From Kudoa neothunni (Eukaryota > Animalia > Cnidaria): a DNA stretch of 64,000 nucleotides. The DNA is taken from NCBI GenBank assembly GCA_964304625.1, contig OZ199840.1, forward strand, positions 6,914,136 through 6,978,135, read 5' to 3'. A model generated the notes under the pieces. It saw nothing but the letters and a program-made list of their open reading frames with translations. It did not search any database and was not told the origin of the DNA. The position numbers and the translations under genes are program-made. Each line of letters begins with the position of its first letter. The first letter of the stretch is position 1. Below, one piece after another: positions 1 through 12,995 of the stretch.

Positions 1-305
1 CGCAAAAAGCAAAAGAAATGAAAAAATCAAGTTCACCTTTCATTTTCGTTCTCATAATATACAATCAAATTTTTAAATTAATATGTACGATGAATTTCAA
101 TATCTCAACCACCCAATCGGTGAAGATTATTGAAGGAATAATTGAAATAGCAGTAAAGAGCTGTGCGCATGTGTGACTCATCACCTAATACTAATTATTA
201 AGTAATGAAAAGTAATTTAGACAACGTTATAGAGAAAAAAATCCAAGCAGAAGTGTATCTTAATGTTTATAACTAATATCAACAAACGAAATTAACAGTA
301 AACCC

Positions 306-349
306 TATATAAATTGCGGGTCGTGAGATCTCGTGACTTCCCGTCTTCC
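306..349 (+). promoter_or_regulatory. Putative core promoter of FAU: TATA box plus pyrimidine-rich (TCT/5'TOP-like) start
   Basis: TATATAAA at 306-313; CTTCCCGTCTTCC starts at 337, about 30 nt downstream and just before the ATG at 370. This arrangement is typical of ribosomal protein genes. Confidence 0.55.
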
Positions 350-369
350 GAAAGCCCGAAACGTGGAAT

Positions 370-825
370 ATGTCAATGCAGGTCGTGCTTTTAGCTGAAA
401 ATTCTCAATTATTCGAGACAAAATCTCAAAATACAGTTTCAGTATTGAAAAAGGAAATCGCCGAAAACTTTGGATTGGATGCTAACGATTTGGTTTTATC
501 GCATGAAGGCATAATTCTTGAGGATGGAGAAACATTAGAGCATTATAATGTTGAGCAGTTGGATGTCTTGAAAATTGGTTCCAAAATACTCGGAGGTAGA
601 TTCTAATAACTCTGTGCCGATCTAATTTATTGTTGGTTAGGTAAGGTTCACGGTTCTCTTGCTCGTGCAGGTAAAGTCCGCAATCAAACTAAGAAAGTCG
701 AAAAAATGGAAAAGAAAAAGCCAAAAACCGGAAGATGCAAGCGTAGAATTCTTTACAACAAACGATTCTGTACTGCTAAGCCAACTAGAGGTAGAAAAGT
801 AGGACCAAACTCAAACAGAAAGTAG
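370..825 (+). CDS. FAU: Ubiquitin-like FUBI / 40S ribosomal protein eS30 fusion (2 exons: 370-595, 641-825)
   Basis: Ubiquitin-like ORF ends ..KILGG. Removing the 45-nt GT-AG intron (596-640) gives in-frame [24 protein letters not shown]...[15 protein letters not shown]...GPNSNRK*, the eS30 signature. Confidence 0.97.
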
Positions 826-1450
826 TTCCATCACTTCAACTCTGTGTTCCATTTTAGAATATATTAACGATTGTTATTGACTTTGTCGTTTGGCGCAATT
901 TTTTGTCATTTTTATCTGAGTTAACGGAGTTTTTTCCTTCACATTTGTTGTGTAGGTTTTTCTGTAATTTAAAATACTGTAAAGCCACTTTGGATATTCA
1001 CTCGTTAGCCTATGTCAGTTAATGTTTGTTTTCTATTCTCGACTAGTTAATGCAATTGACTACTACTGTTTAGTTGTTTTTCGTGTCATTCTATGAGCCG
1101 AATTTGATAAATGTGCAGTTAGTGATTAATTGGCCTAGTTATGATTTTACGTTTCTTGTGAATTTTGGTTTCGATTATATTACCTTTTTGTGATGAAATC
1201 GACCTGCTAAGGTAAGGACAGGAGAGTTTACGCTTTCTCAACCCGCCTTATTATTTTAGGTTAAGTCAATGTTTCCAAATTTTTTATAGATGTGACTCGG
1301 CTTTCCCAAATAAGTTATGAGGTCCAATTAATATTCAAAATCTTTTTTTGAATTAAGTGAGAAAAAATTTACAACTTTTATCTTATAATATTTTCATCCA
1401 ACAATATAAACAGTAAAATATCGTTAGTATTAATTTTTTAACATTGTTAA

Positions 1451-2480
1451 CCCTCCAAGTAAAATGTGGTAGAAATCTACCCCACGTGATGTTCAGAGTC
1501 ATTTTTTTACCTAATAAATAAAAGATCAATGTTCAACATTCAGTCTAATCCTGTAACCTTTTTTATAGTATAAATATATAGAATAAATAGGTGTGTTGGT
1601 TAATTATAAAAATTTTTATTTTACACTTCGTTATTGAGGAATCATGAACCGAGAGGATGGATATACAAGAAGCAGTTCAAGATAATAACATATCATAAAT
1701 AACTGATAGGGGAATTTTAGATACTGTGAATGATTCTACAGATAAATGTCCGTCTTTGATAGTTATGTAAATTTTATTCATGTTGCGAAATTCACGAAAT
1801 TATAGGGATAAATTTGTCAACAGTAATGAAGTTGATAGGTGGACCAAAAGTTGAATTACAAACAGCTATAGATTTTAGCATAAAAAACTTTTTTCTATGA
1901 TGATAATAATAACGTCGATACATAGGATTCCAACATAATTTTATGTGAAGTTACACAGTACCATTTATTCACAAACTAAAAAGTAGAATATTTAATATTT
2001 TTTTAAATTTTAATGTTGTATAAATCATTCCGTGAGATATTTATCTTATTGTAAGAATTTTAAAAACGAGTTGGCCAAATAGTTATTATTACACCTTGAT
2101 ATCATGTGGATTTTATTGATACAAACTGGTAATGGTAAAGTCCCTGAATTAATGAAACTACATTTATATTCTGCATTTATAAAGGATATTTTTTGGAAAA
2201 AATGGTATCGATTGAATTATTATTTTAGGAGAAAATGTGCGCCCGGAAAATTAGACACGGCCATAATAAATTGATAATAAATACCCAACTATTTGATGTG
2301 TAAATTAGTAGAGTTTATACACTCGCAACAATAATTAAAAATTATAGTGTATTCACTATTAAAAATTATTTATTAGGTTTAAAATATATTGTAAATCTCA
2401 ACAAAAAACGTTGGTTTACCGAGATATTATTTTCACATAATAAAATTATTAGAGTAAAAAACTCCACCCCTTACCAAAAA
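1451..2480 (+). mobile_element. Possible highly degraded piggyBac relic
   Basis: TTAA|CCCTCC end at 1447-1456 followed by palindrome GGTAGAAATCTACC; faint WKKWYR-like translation near 2195. Right end not resolved. Confidence 0.3.
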
Positions 2481-2598
2481 AATTAAATCATAAAAACAGA
2501 AAACTAATTTTGCACAAAAAATTTTATATCAAAAGAAACACCAAAAATTATATCAAGAGGCTAGCAAAATTAAGAAGATAGCTATTGATTCAATTTGT

Positions 2599-4038
2599 TT
2601 ATGGTTGCTCCATGAAGTCGGTTAGTTCATAATTTATTTGTTCAATGATTTCCATATAGGTTCTTTGCTGACATCTAAGAGATATATAGGTGACCAAGTT
2701 AGAAAATATCCAAATCAATGCCAAAGAAGTGTAAAATATGGGGTTGATTGAGTTGAAAATTGTATCTTTTGATATGTAATTTCTCCAAAGGCTCGTTAAT
2801 AGGCGATAACTCAAAAGTACTAATATCGCGATCATAATATTATATGCAAAAGAATAAGAAGACTCCTCATGGCCTCTATGTAGAATTCGTTGCATTGTTT
2901 TCAGCCCCTCAACTATAAATTTTGGGTTGATCGATGATTCGGTTGTATCACTAGTGTAATTCAGTACCACTTCAACACCATAATGATCGGAATAGAAAAT
3001 TTCTCTCGACGGCACTTGTTTGAATACTATCTTATAACTATCAGGTTTAAAACGTTTGCTGTGTAATATGTAATCGATTCGATAAGGTAGGTCTCTTTTG
3101 CATGAGTATTTGTTCTGTCGATCGTTACATGTGTAAATTGGTGAACTATTCTAAGGTGTCAGAAATTAGAAAAATATTTAAAGTTTTAGCACACATCATA
3201 AAAATGGTCAAATGGATCATCCAAATGACATCGTTCAATCAGATGTTTCAACCCAATTTCATGTGATTCACTGTTAAGGTCTCCAACCACAATAATTGCA
3301 TCGGTAGGTTTTGTGTAAAGTTGAATCGATCTTGCCAGTAAGTACAGTTGTACAGTACGAACAGAACTGAAATCATTTTCAATGTATTTCGCATGAGTCT
3401 AAATATATTTCAATATTATGTCATACTATTTCGCATGTGAATAACAATAATAATTCAACATTACATGTGTACCAAACGCATGTATTATGTTATTTGAATG
3501 CTCAATTTTGGCGTAACATATTGATTTTCTGGAAAACCAATCGCCTCCGGTGTGATATATCATACCAGACTGGGTGTAAGGGATCACCATAGGATCTCGA
3601 ATACGATATTTGGACAAAAACATTACGCCAGATCCAATAAAGCCACTAAACAAAGTTGATTGTTGAGTAGATTTAAAACACACTTCAAATGAAAGTATAT
3701 AGTAAAATTAAAATATGGCGACAAAATATGTTTTATTCTTGAAAATTACGAATAGAAATAATGAATAAATGGAAAAGCTTCAGATAATGAGTTCTTATAA
3801 TTTTCGATATCATCTGATATAAATATCTATATTAATTTATCAATTTGTTTTAATAATGAAAATTATCACTTCTTGAAGCACTATAAAATCATAATCTGAC
3901 TGAAGTAGAGCTACGCGTATACATTCCATTCTTTCTTTGTAATCAGGTGCCCATGGAAGACCCCTATGTGTCTTCAATCAAAATCCTTACAAATCTAGCC
4001 AAAATTTTTTACCAACAATTCAATGACAAAACTTTCAT
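2599..4038 (-). CDS. SMPD2: Neutral sphingomyelinase 1-like (EEP fold, two C-terminal TM helices), about 6 exons
   Basis: Spliced translation gives MKVLSLNCW/GLPW...DFIVLQE/IF...SGFIGSG...GGDWF...TH/THAKY...GDLN...RIDYI...YSDHYGV, then two hydrophobic segments. GT-AG introns at 3964-4012 (49 nt) and 3827-3869 (43 nt), among others. Confidence 0.85.
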
Positions 4039-4327
4039 GGATAAGATTTTTTAGAACAATTCTACTTAATATACGCATCAAAATACGTATAACCCAATAG
4101 TCAAACGTAGACCCTATTTAAAGCGTGACGTTAACCCCTTGTAATGTTAAGTATCTCGCGTGCGCAAGGGATAACTTATTACTTTATTTTATTTTAGAGC
4201 TGGTTTAAAACTCTGACCTAAATGGAAATATACAACAATTTTTAAAAATAATTTATATAATTTGTTGTCGATCTATTTTTTTCCCCAAGTGTTAATGACT
4301 ACTGACTGCATAAATAGCTTCTTATTC

Positions 4328-4362
4328 GATGATGATGATGATGATAATGATAATAATAATAA
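4328..4362. repeat. Compound (GAT)n(AAT)n microsatellite
   Basis: gatgatgatgatgatgataatgataataataataa seen directly. Confidence 0.85.
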
Positions 4363-5319
4363 GTCTATCTCTGAGGATTATTAACGCAATATTGAATGAT
4401 GTACATCGTTGTATTTTTAGGTATATCCTATTGTTATGCCCAATTCAGTGATTTGTATGTTTTTATTTATTATTTTTCTTGAAATCATTTTCCTCTCCTA
4501 TTCACTATAAAATTGGCATTGTCTGATACATAATAGCTCGACTGGCCATTCTTTACAAAACGGGACTGTTATCGGAAACTTTCGGAGGAAATCGCGAAAA
4601 ACACAACACAATAAATTATATTAAATAATTATTCATAATTTCTTTAAAGAAAGTGCTACGTTCGACGCCTCTATATTTTTACGGAATATATAATCCGAAA
4701 TGAAGTCATATAATGACTCTTCATTTTTATTTGTAATATCTTGGTACTTCCTTTTAAATCCTCCCCACGTAGCTTCGATCTTATTTGTGTGTACACCAGT
4801 ACCAGAAATAAACGAATATTTGTGACAGACTGTATCGTGAAAAAATCCTAAATCGTTCAGGTGATTATAGCCTCTTCATTTATCAGTCCAGATAACAGAA
4901 TTCTCTTCAACATTATCGAGAATAATTTGTTCCAATACAGAGCTGCTTCTTCTCTTCGTCAGTTCAAAAAAACATTCACCTTCCTCATCTATACCACCAA
5001 CAATCCAATATTTCTGGGTTTTTAACAGTCTACCAACATTATATTTTCGTTTAGTCACCGCAGTTCCATCGATCTGGACAACGACATTTGCACCGCCAAT
5101 TTTTTTTCTCGTCAGTAATCTTCAATGTGATAATACTCCCTGATAATTCAGACCAATCACATATTGTTTTTGAAGAGAGGATTCCGACGTGCCTTTGTAT
5201 TTCTTCGTAGGTAACCTTGCTGAATTGAATTTTTACGAGGAAAAATATAAATAGTTTCCACAGTGGCAGTTTAGATTGCTGAAATATTGATCCAACTCGT
5301 AGATTTTGCTTCTTCAAAC

Positions 5320-5431
5320 TATTGTAAACGCAAGAGAGAGACACCACAAAGCAACAATAACAACAATAATAATAATTGCGCCCCCTAGCTAATGGTTTGT
5401 TAATCTCCTGTATTAATCTACCAACATAACA
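5320..5431 (-). repeat. 3' LTR of element A (112 bp)
   Basis: Direct repeat of 9330-9435, preceded on the minus strand by the PPT. Confidence 0.95.
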
Positions 5432-5452
5432 TCTCTTCATTCCCGGGTTTAT

Positions 5453-8400
5453 TTAGGAGTAAAACAAGTCAAACCAACCTGGTTTCTTTACTTGTCTTGT
5501 AGATCTTCTCAAGGTTGACTCATTTACATCTTCGCTATCAGATGATACACTATCGTCACTAAGATTAGGGTTTTCTACCTCCTCGGCCGTAGAATCTATA
5601 ATTGGTTCCTCAGTATTGGCCACTGGCATTTGTTGTTGATGTATATCTTCTTCTACAGGGTTTGCATCGATCTCATCAGTTGGTTCAATGTACGGAATCA
5701 TTATCAAATGGTCAATATGCCTTTTTAATTCTCGTCCGTTGGATAACACCAAATATGTAAGAGGTGCAACCGCTTTAAGAACTTTACCCTTAATCCATTT
5801 TGGGCCTTTCAAGAAACTTCGAATCAGTACAGTTTCACCGGGCTCTAGTACTCGTGTTCCCTTTTCTCTATTCATCCTTGGTTTCTCTAGCTGGATCTTC
5901 AACGTGTCGAAGAAACATCTTAGCCTCCTCCCCATCATACGGATTGATGGAGCGATTGATGTTGTGCTGTGTGGTGTGTTTCTATAATGAAGCAGGAAAC
6001 GATCGATATCTTTTTGTATGTCACTATCAGATTTATCAAGACATCCTTTGAAGGTCTGTACAAACCTTTCTGCCAGTCCGTTGGAAGATGGATGGTAAGC
6101 TGAAATAAATTTGTTTGATATTATTGCCAGCAGTAAAATCCCTCATTTCTTTGGAGACAAATTGGGGACCATTGTCAGACACCATTGTTTCAGGAATGCC
6201 AAGACGTGAAAATAAGGTCCTCATAACAGAAACCGTTCTATCTCCACTTGTCGAACTCATAGGTATCACTTCAGGCCATTTTGAATAAGCGTCGACCATT
6301 ATTAGAAAATACAACCCTTTAATAGGACCAGCAAAATCGAAATGTACTCCTTCCAGTGGATGTGAACAATTCTCCCATTGCAGTACTTTGCTTTTTATAG
6401 GCATTTTGCGTTTTTCTTCTTGGCATGAGCGGCAGCTGAAGTTTACCCTTTCAACATCACGGTCTATGTTAGGCCACCAAACATAACTTCTCGCTATTGC
6501 TTTGGTTCTCAATATTCCCATATGCCCCGCATGCAATTCTTTCAGCACTATACTTTGGAGTGATTTGGGTATGATAATCCGTCCGCCAAGTAGCAATAAT
6601 CCATTCAAAAACGATATCTCATTTTTCCTCTTTTTGAATTGTTCCAGTCCAATTGGTATTTTGCTTTTCCATCCACTCTTGCAATGACTAATAACACTTC
6701 TTAGGATTTCATCTGCCATTGTTTCTCTCGTCAGTTCTTCAAGCGTAAAGTGAAAGTGCCCATGTTTTGAGATGCTTTTAACAACTAATTTATCAATCAT
6801 ATCATTTGCCGTTTCTAGTTCTTCATTAGCGTCTTTGTTTCTCATAAAAAGGCGAGACAAACAATCAGCAGGAATATTTTCAGACCCGGCTCGATATTTG
6901 GTTTCAAACAAGTATCCAGACAATAAGATTGCCCACCTTTGGATTCTAGCCGCTGCTGCCTTCGGTATCCCATTTTTAGGATTAAAAATGGCTAATAATG
7001 GCTTATGATCAGTTAACAAGGTGAATCGTCTTCCCTCCAGGTAGTGATGAAACTTCTGAATTGCCCAAATGATCGCCAATCCTTCTTTTTCAATCGTGGA
7101 ATAATTTTCCTCACTTTTTGATAGGCTTCTGGAAATAAATGAGATAGGCCTCTCAAGGTTATCGTCCATAACATGGGATAATACTGCACCAATACCACTG
7201 CCAGACGCGTCTGTTGTCAATAATAATTTTAGAGATGGATCAAAATGGACTAGCACATTTTTATTCGAAAGTAAATCTTTTGCTTCTTCAAAAGCGCGGT
7301 CATGGATTTCATTCCAAGTAAACTCATTTTCTTTCTTCAGCAAGTTATACAGGGGTTGGAGTATGGAAGAAAGATTTGGAATGAATTTCCTATAATAATT
7401 TAGCATTCCACAGAATATCCTTACGTCCGTTTCATTAGAAGGTTTTTGCATCCTCATCACTGCTTCCACATTTTTTTACTCTTCATTAGGTCTTTTCTGG
7501 AAACATTATATCCGCAATATTCAATAGATTCGTTAAGGAAAGCACATTTCTCTTTGTTCAGGCTAAGACCATGCTGCTGAAGTATATTCAGCACCCTATC
7601 TAACGTTCTCAAGTGTTCATTCCTCGTTTTCCCAGTAACAATAATGTCGTCCAAATAGCATTGAACATCTGGTATACCATTCAGTGGCATATCCATCGTT
7701 CTTTGCCAAATAGCAGGGACTGACGCCAACCCAAAAGGAAGCCTCTGATATTCAAACAATCCTTTATGTGTTGTGATCGTCAAAAATTCCTTTGAAGAAT
7801 TCTCAACATCCATTTGAAGGTAAGCATTTGCTAAGTCAATAACACTAAACGACTTTCCGCCGGCAAGAGTAGACACGATGTCTTCTACCCTAGGTAGTGG
7901 ATATATATCCACATTTAGATGAGGGTTCAATGTGACAGAAAAATCAGCACAAATTCTTACTCCACCGCCTTTCTTTTCAACAGCAACTATAGGTGTAGCC
8001 CATTTTCTGAACTTGATAGGCCTCAATATGCCTGCCTCTACCAAGCGATCAAGTTCTGTTGAAACCATTTCTTTCTTATAAAGCGATATTCTTCGGTGCT
8101 TGCAAAAAAACGGGCGGCGTAGTAGATTTCAGTGATATTGCAGCTTTTGTCCCGTTGAAACATCCAAGTCCGTTCGAAAATAATTTATGATATTTCTTCA
8201 ACAATCTGCCAATTTCTTTAGTTTCTATCTTCTTGATCTCTAATGGCCACTTTTCACACAGCACTTCTAGCCAGTCTCTGCCTATGATATTGGACCCATT
8301 CATTCCAGTGACAAAAAATTCTAGTTTGAGCATCTTTGATCCATAGCATATATCAGCTAAACACGTCCCTCTTATCTCAATATCTGAACCTTCATAGCTT

Positions 8401-9317
8401 TTAAAACGTTCATATGATGGCTTTAGATAGCCACCTATTTTGTTAAATGTTCTCCAATTCAATAAGGTAACAGGGGAACCTGTATCAATCTCCAATTTGA
8501 CAAATTTTGAGTTTATCATAATACGCATAAATAAAGGCGCCACATAATTAATTTCATTCAAAAATTTTTCACTATTGTCATTTATACCAACAGTTTTAAC
8601 CTTCATTGTTGTAATTCTCTTCCTGCAGGCTCTATTTATGTGGCCTGTCTTCCCACAATTGTAACAAGTTGCGTCCACAAATTTGCATTTCTTCGGATCG
8701 TGGTTTCCGTTGCATCTGTAACATTTTGGTGAAATTTCATCATTATTCTCTCGATTACCACCAATTTTTCTATTGTAAATTTTTCCAATATTATCATTCA
8801 TCATCTTTAGCTGCTCTAACTTTGCTGCTTCTTGGGCAGAAGCTAGTTCAATGGCTCTTTCCAAAGTTACATTCTTTTCCGTAAGGAGTGATCGCTGTGC
8901 GCTTGCTAATTCACTCTTAAGTCCTCCAACAAATTTATCCCTGAGAGCTTCCTTCAAGAATGAGCCAAACTCACATTTTGCACTCATTCTTCGTAATTTC
9001 ATAACATATTCAGCGACAGATTCATTCTCATCTTGTTCGGTTTTCCAGAATGTGAACCGTTCCGAAATAACAAGAGTCTTAGTATCGAAGTGTTCGCTCA
9101 CCAAACTAGTAATTTCAGGCATTGTTAGTTTCGTCGTGGTGTTTGGAGCAGCCAGAGTTTTCAGCATTCCATAAGTTGGAGCATCCAAGGTAGAAAGTAA
9201 CAGGCTTTTCTGCCTTTCCGGATCAACGCCATTGGCCTCAACCAAGCATGAAAACCGTTCCATGAAGCAAATCCAACCCTCCTCATTAGGGCAAAACATA
9301 GGTAGGTTTGTAAGCAT
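5453..9317 (-). pseudogene. Gag-Pol of element A (frameshifted)
   Basis: Zn knuckles CYRCNGNHDPKKC and CYNCGKTGHINRAC, protease IDTG, RT YLDD, RNase H TTDAS..TDHKPL, integrase H..H..C..C and SDNGPQF. Confidence 0.93.
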
Positions 9318-9329
9318 TCTCGTTGCCAG

Positions 9330-9435
9330 TATTGTAAACGCAAGAGAGAGACACCACAAAGCAATAATAATAATAATAATCGCGCCCCCTAGCTAATGGT
9401 TTGTTAATCTCCTGTATTAATCTACCAACATAACA
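9330..9435 (-). repeat. 5' LTR of element A (106 bp)
   Basis: Direct repeat of 5320-5431; differs mainly in an (AAT/AAC)n tract. Confidence 0.95.
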
Positions 9436-9702
9436 CAAACAACCCGGGCATCGGAAGAAAAACAGATCTTGGCAACTTTTATTTGATATGAGATGCATCA
9501 TCGTCCCACAAATACACGTTTTCTCTGATGAAATTAGACCAAGATTCTGCAATATTTTGATGGTATAAATTGTGTCAATCCTAAAAAATGCATATTCCAT
9601 CATATTGATGGAATCAATATTCTCCAAATCAAAATTTCTCCTGAAGTTTTCCATTTTCCGGGCGCGCGACGAAAGTTTCTGACTGCAGTCCCGTTTTGTG
9701 TA

Positions 9703-12700
9703 GTAAAGGCAGTGGCTATTACCACGGGAATAAATTTCTCTGCAATTAGTATCTCTATTAAATAACTAATTTCACATTACTATTATTTATATTTTTCTCT
9801 ACTAAATTATGAAAAATAAAGAAATTTGAGATGGTTGTAAATTTATGGAAAATAGACGGCTAGTAACATAAATGTTAGCGAATTTAATAGACCAAAACAA
9901 TATTAACGTTGAATTATTTATAAATATTAATCATTTCTAAATTATTGCTTTGAGCCATGCAGTGTAAACATAATTCCACGTGTTTCACGAGTTTGGTTGA
10001 ACTACAATGAGTGATTCGAATTCAGACAATTTTCATGTTGGAATAAAATTTGAAACTTTTGAAAGTTTAAAATTTTATATTCAAGAGTATGAGAAAAGTC
10101 ATTTTGTGAATTTAAAGATTCGAGATTCAAGAAGAACTGACTCAGTGCAAAACCGGGTTAATCGAAATATTAAAAACACGCTAGTGTATTACGAAATAAC
10201 TTACGTATGTTACTTTGGAGCTCATTACCGAAGTAGAGGTAAAGGCGAAGGCAAGAAAAATTCCCTTAGGAGAGATTGCCCATTTAAAGTTACATTAAGA
10301 GTAAGTGTAGATGGAAATTTCCTGGAGATTAGATCTTCTAACACTGCTCATAACCATCCAAAATGATCCATGGATATATGAAAACTTACCCAGTCAGAGG
10401 AAATTAAACCGATGTGACGGCTATTTGTCAGAGCTTCTTTCTCTCGGAGCAAACAAAAAGCTCATACAAACCAAGATAAATGACGAGACAGGCAAGAATA
10501 TACCTTTGAAAGCTATCCACAACATTAAAAAATCCTCTAAAGTTAGAACTGATAACATTACTTTAATTTTAGAAATTTTAAAGAATCAATACAATTGCAT
10601 GGTGAGCGTTTTATCAGATGATAATAAAAATGTTTGTGGAATCTTTTTTATGGATAAACAGATGCCCAACACAATTAATTTCTTTCCAGAGCTACTCATG
10701 CTTGATGCAACCTATAAACTTCTAGAATCACAGTAACCTTTGGAGGTTTTCTCTATTTCGTTGTTTTATTAGTTCATTAGTGCGCCATTGTATCTGTCTG
10801 TTGCAGAAGACTCGGGTTGGTGAAAACCCACATAACTAGCGGCTGCATCTTGTATGATGAAAACGGCGGAGTCAATTAAATGGTATATTTCTCAAATAAT
10901 AAAAATGATGCCAAACATGACTCAAAATGTCCGAACGATCATTACTGACAAGCACCACACTCTAACGAAGTGGTTGAAAGAATTATTTCCAAACTCCAAT
11001 CTAATGATCTGCATATTTCATGTTTCTCAAAGTTTCAGACGTGAAATAACTATGTCGAAATACGGTATCACTCGAGAGAAAAGGGACCAATTGCTTGAAA
11101 CTCTTAATAAAATTATCTATTCGGAAAATAAACATGAATTCGATAAACTATACAATAATCTTTTTCAACAAAGCAACGATAAGTTTATTAACTATTTTAA
11201 ATCCAATTGGGAACCAATCGCTGATGAATGGGTCATAGGATTAAGTGAAGCACATCATTTCTATGAAAACTTGACCAATAATAGATTAGAAGCCATTAAT
11301 GGTCAATTAAAACAAACAATAAAGAAATTTTCAAATCTTAATGATTTTTTCCGTTATTTCTTTGATGCTCTCAAATCAATGGGAATAGAAAGGAAGTACA
11401 ATATAACCAAAATATTACTGAACCCAGTTAATTTTGATACCTCAAATGAAGTTCTAAACGCGTATTTTAATCATTTAAATCCATTTGCCTTCAATATAAT
11501 CCACAAATAAATTCAAAATTTTAACGAAAACACGAATACAGATAGTTTAACTACATCCATGAGATGTAATTGTTATATTTAGAGATCGTACCTCCTTCCA
11601 TGTAGTCGTATTTTTAAAAAGAGAGCGTTTAACCTGCTTCCAATGTTCGATTCAAATCGATACCACCCTAGATGGTCAAAAGATTACATGAGCCAATTCT
11701 TGGAAATTGGAACTATTAAATATCACTCCAAATAAGAGAATTTCAATAAAGCCCAAAGGAATTTTTAATTATTATGGAAAAAACTTAAAAAACTCTGTGA
11801 TTTACACAAATAAGTTAGCAGCGTTGCCCGCTGAATATTGTGGGGAGTTTTATGATAGTTGCCTATCACTATTCAACACAATAGAAAAAGCAATCAAGAA
11901 CCACGACATCAAATTAATAAAACAAATAAATCAATTAGGTAACTTAATTTTTCTCGATTTATTTTTAGTAAATCGCACCATTGAAAACTCCGAGGCTTTA
12001 GATGAAGATGGAGATATTACTGAAGGAAGAGGTATAAGACACTTAATTTAAATACATTACTCGTATCTAAATTACAAAAAATAGATGTTATTGGGAATAT
12101 TTTTAATTCTCAAATAATTGTTGAGGGTGTTGGTAATAATATTGTTCCGCAAGGTGAGGAGAGTATCGAGAATATTATTGTTAATAATATTTCAAATGAA
12201 AATGCTCTCGAGATCCAAACTGTTTTATCTAAAGATCAATTAGCACCTACTTTAAATATGATCGAGCTTGCTGTTACTTTCATTTCATTTCCTTTCTTTT
12301 TTTAAATTATTTTAGCCTTAAAAATTCCCTCTCGAGTGAAGTCTGTTGGGTGACCAAAGGGATACGCTTTAACCACTATTGGATACAAAAAGAAAACTAA
12401 ATTTTCTTAGATATCTCATTATTTATTTGACTAGGATAGCCATTGTTCATCGTGTTATATTTATCTAATTTCTGAAAAATGACCTAATTATGATTAATTT
12501 TCTCAAAATTCTTGTCTATATTGAAATCTAAAGAGTAAAATTCACATCATTTCTGTGAAATATAATGAGCATATTTTATCTTAAAGTTCATAATTTATGA
12601 ATAGAATACAATAAGTCACATAATTTAAACATTATAAAGATTGGAAATAAATAAAATAACGCGAGGTTGAATATATCATGTGGAAGCGCGCGCTTCTGGA

Positions 12701-12995
12701 GTAATGTCAGACCTACAAAACACACAAAATTCGTCAACTTTAACCTTATTATTGATAGAAAATGATACAATACAATTTTGATCATGTATTAAATTAAGAT
12801 TAATAAATCTTTCATTTAATTATGGAAAGCGATCAATGAAATAAACAATATAAATATGTAAAAAAAGATATTCTCAATTGTTACCTAATTCTATAATTTA
12901 GTAGAGAAAAATATAAATAATAGTAATGTGAACTTAGTTATTTAATAGAGATACTAATTGCAGAGAAATTGATTCCCGTGATAATAGCCAGTGCT
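9703..12995 (+). mobile_element. MULE/Mutator DNA transposon with about 105-bp TIRs
   Basis: TIRs about 9707-9810 and 12893-12995; 9-bp TSD TTTTGTGTA (9694-9702, 12996-13004). Confidence 0.92.
10007..12051 (+). pseudogene. MULE transposase (FAR1-like N-terminus, MULE DDE domain, SWIM finger), disrupted
   Basis: F.TFE..Y, CPF...HNHP, FPELLMLDATYK, IITDK, ICIFHV, YFKSNW, TNNRLEAINGQLK, and CNC..LLPC at about 11565. Confidence 0.88.

Larger units (their letters stand above)
5320..9435 (-). mobile_element. Gypsy LTR retrotransposon A (Mag-like / K02A2.6-like), 4.1 kb
   Basis: LTRs 9330-9435 and 5320-5431; TSD CAAAC (5315-5319, 9436-9440); PBS TGGCAACGAGAATG; PPT GGGAATGAAGAGA; domain order gag-PR-RT-RH-IN. 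Confidence 0.96.
4616..9654 (-). pseudogene. Merlin DDE transposase (split by LTR element at 5320-9435)
   Basis: N-terminus 9654-9436 (..CICG..FRCPGCL) rejoins KKQNLRVGSIF at 5314. Then VVQIDGTAVTKRKYNVGR, WIVGG, VIWTDK*RGY, HDTVCH, GVHTNKIEATW: the DDE_Tnp_IS1595-type motifs. Confidence 0.88.

Noticed and set aside
8100-8112. Programmed ribosomal frameshift in element A at the T7 run
   Set aside because: It lies after the protease, needs removal of one base, and matches the window-wide pattern of homopolymer indels.
9286-9654. ORFs 9286-9654 and 5051-5440 as independent genes
   Set aside because: They are chimeras of the Merlin transposase and LTR sequence at the insertion junctions.
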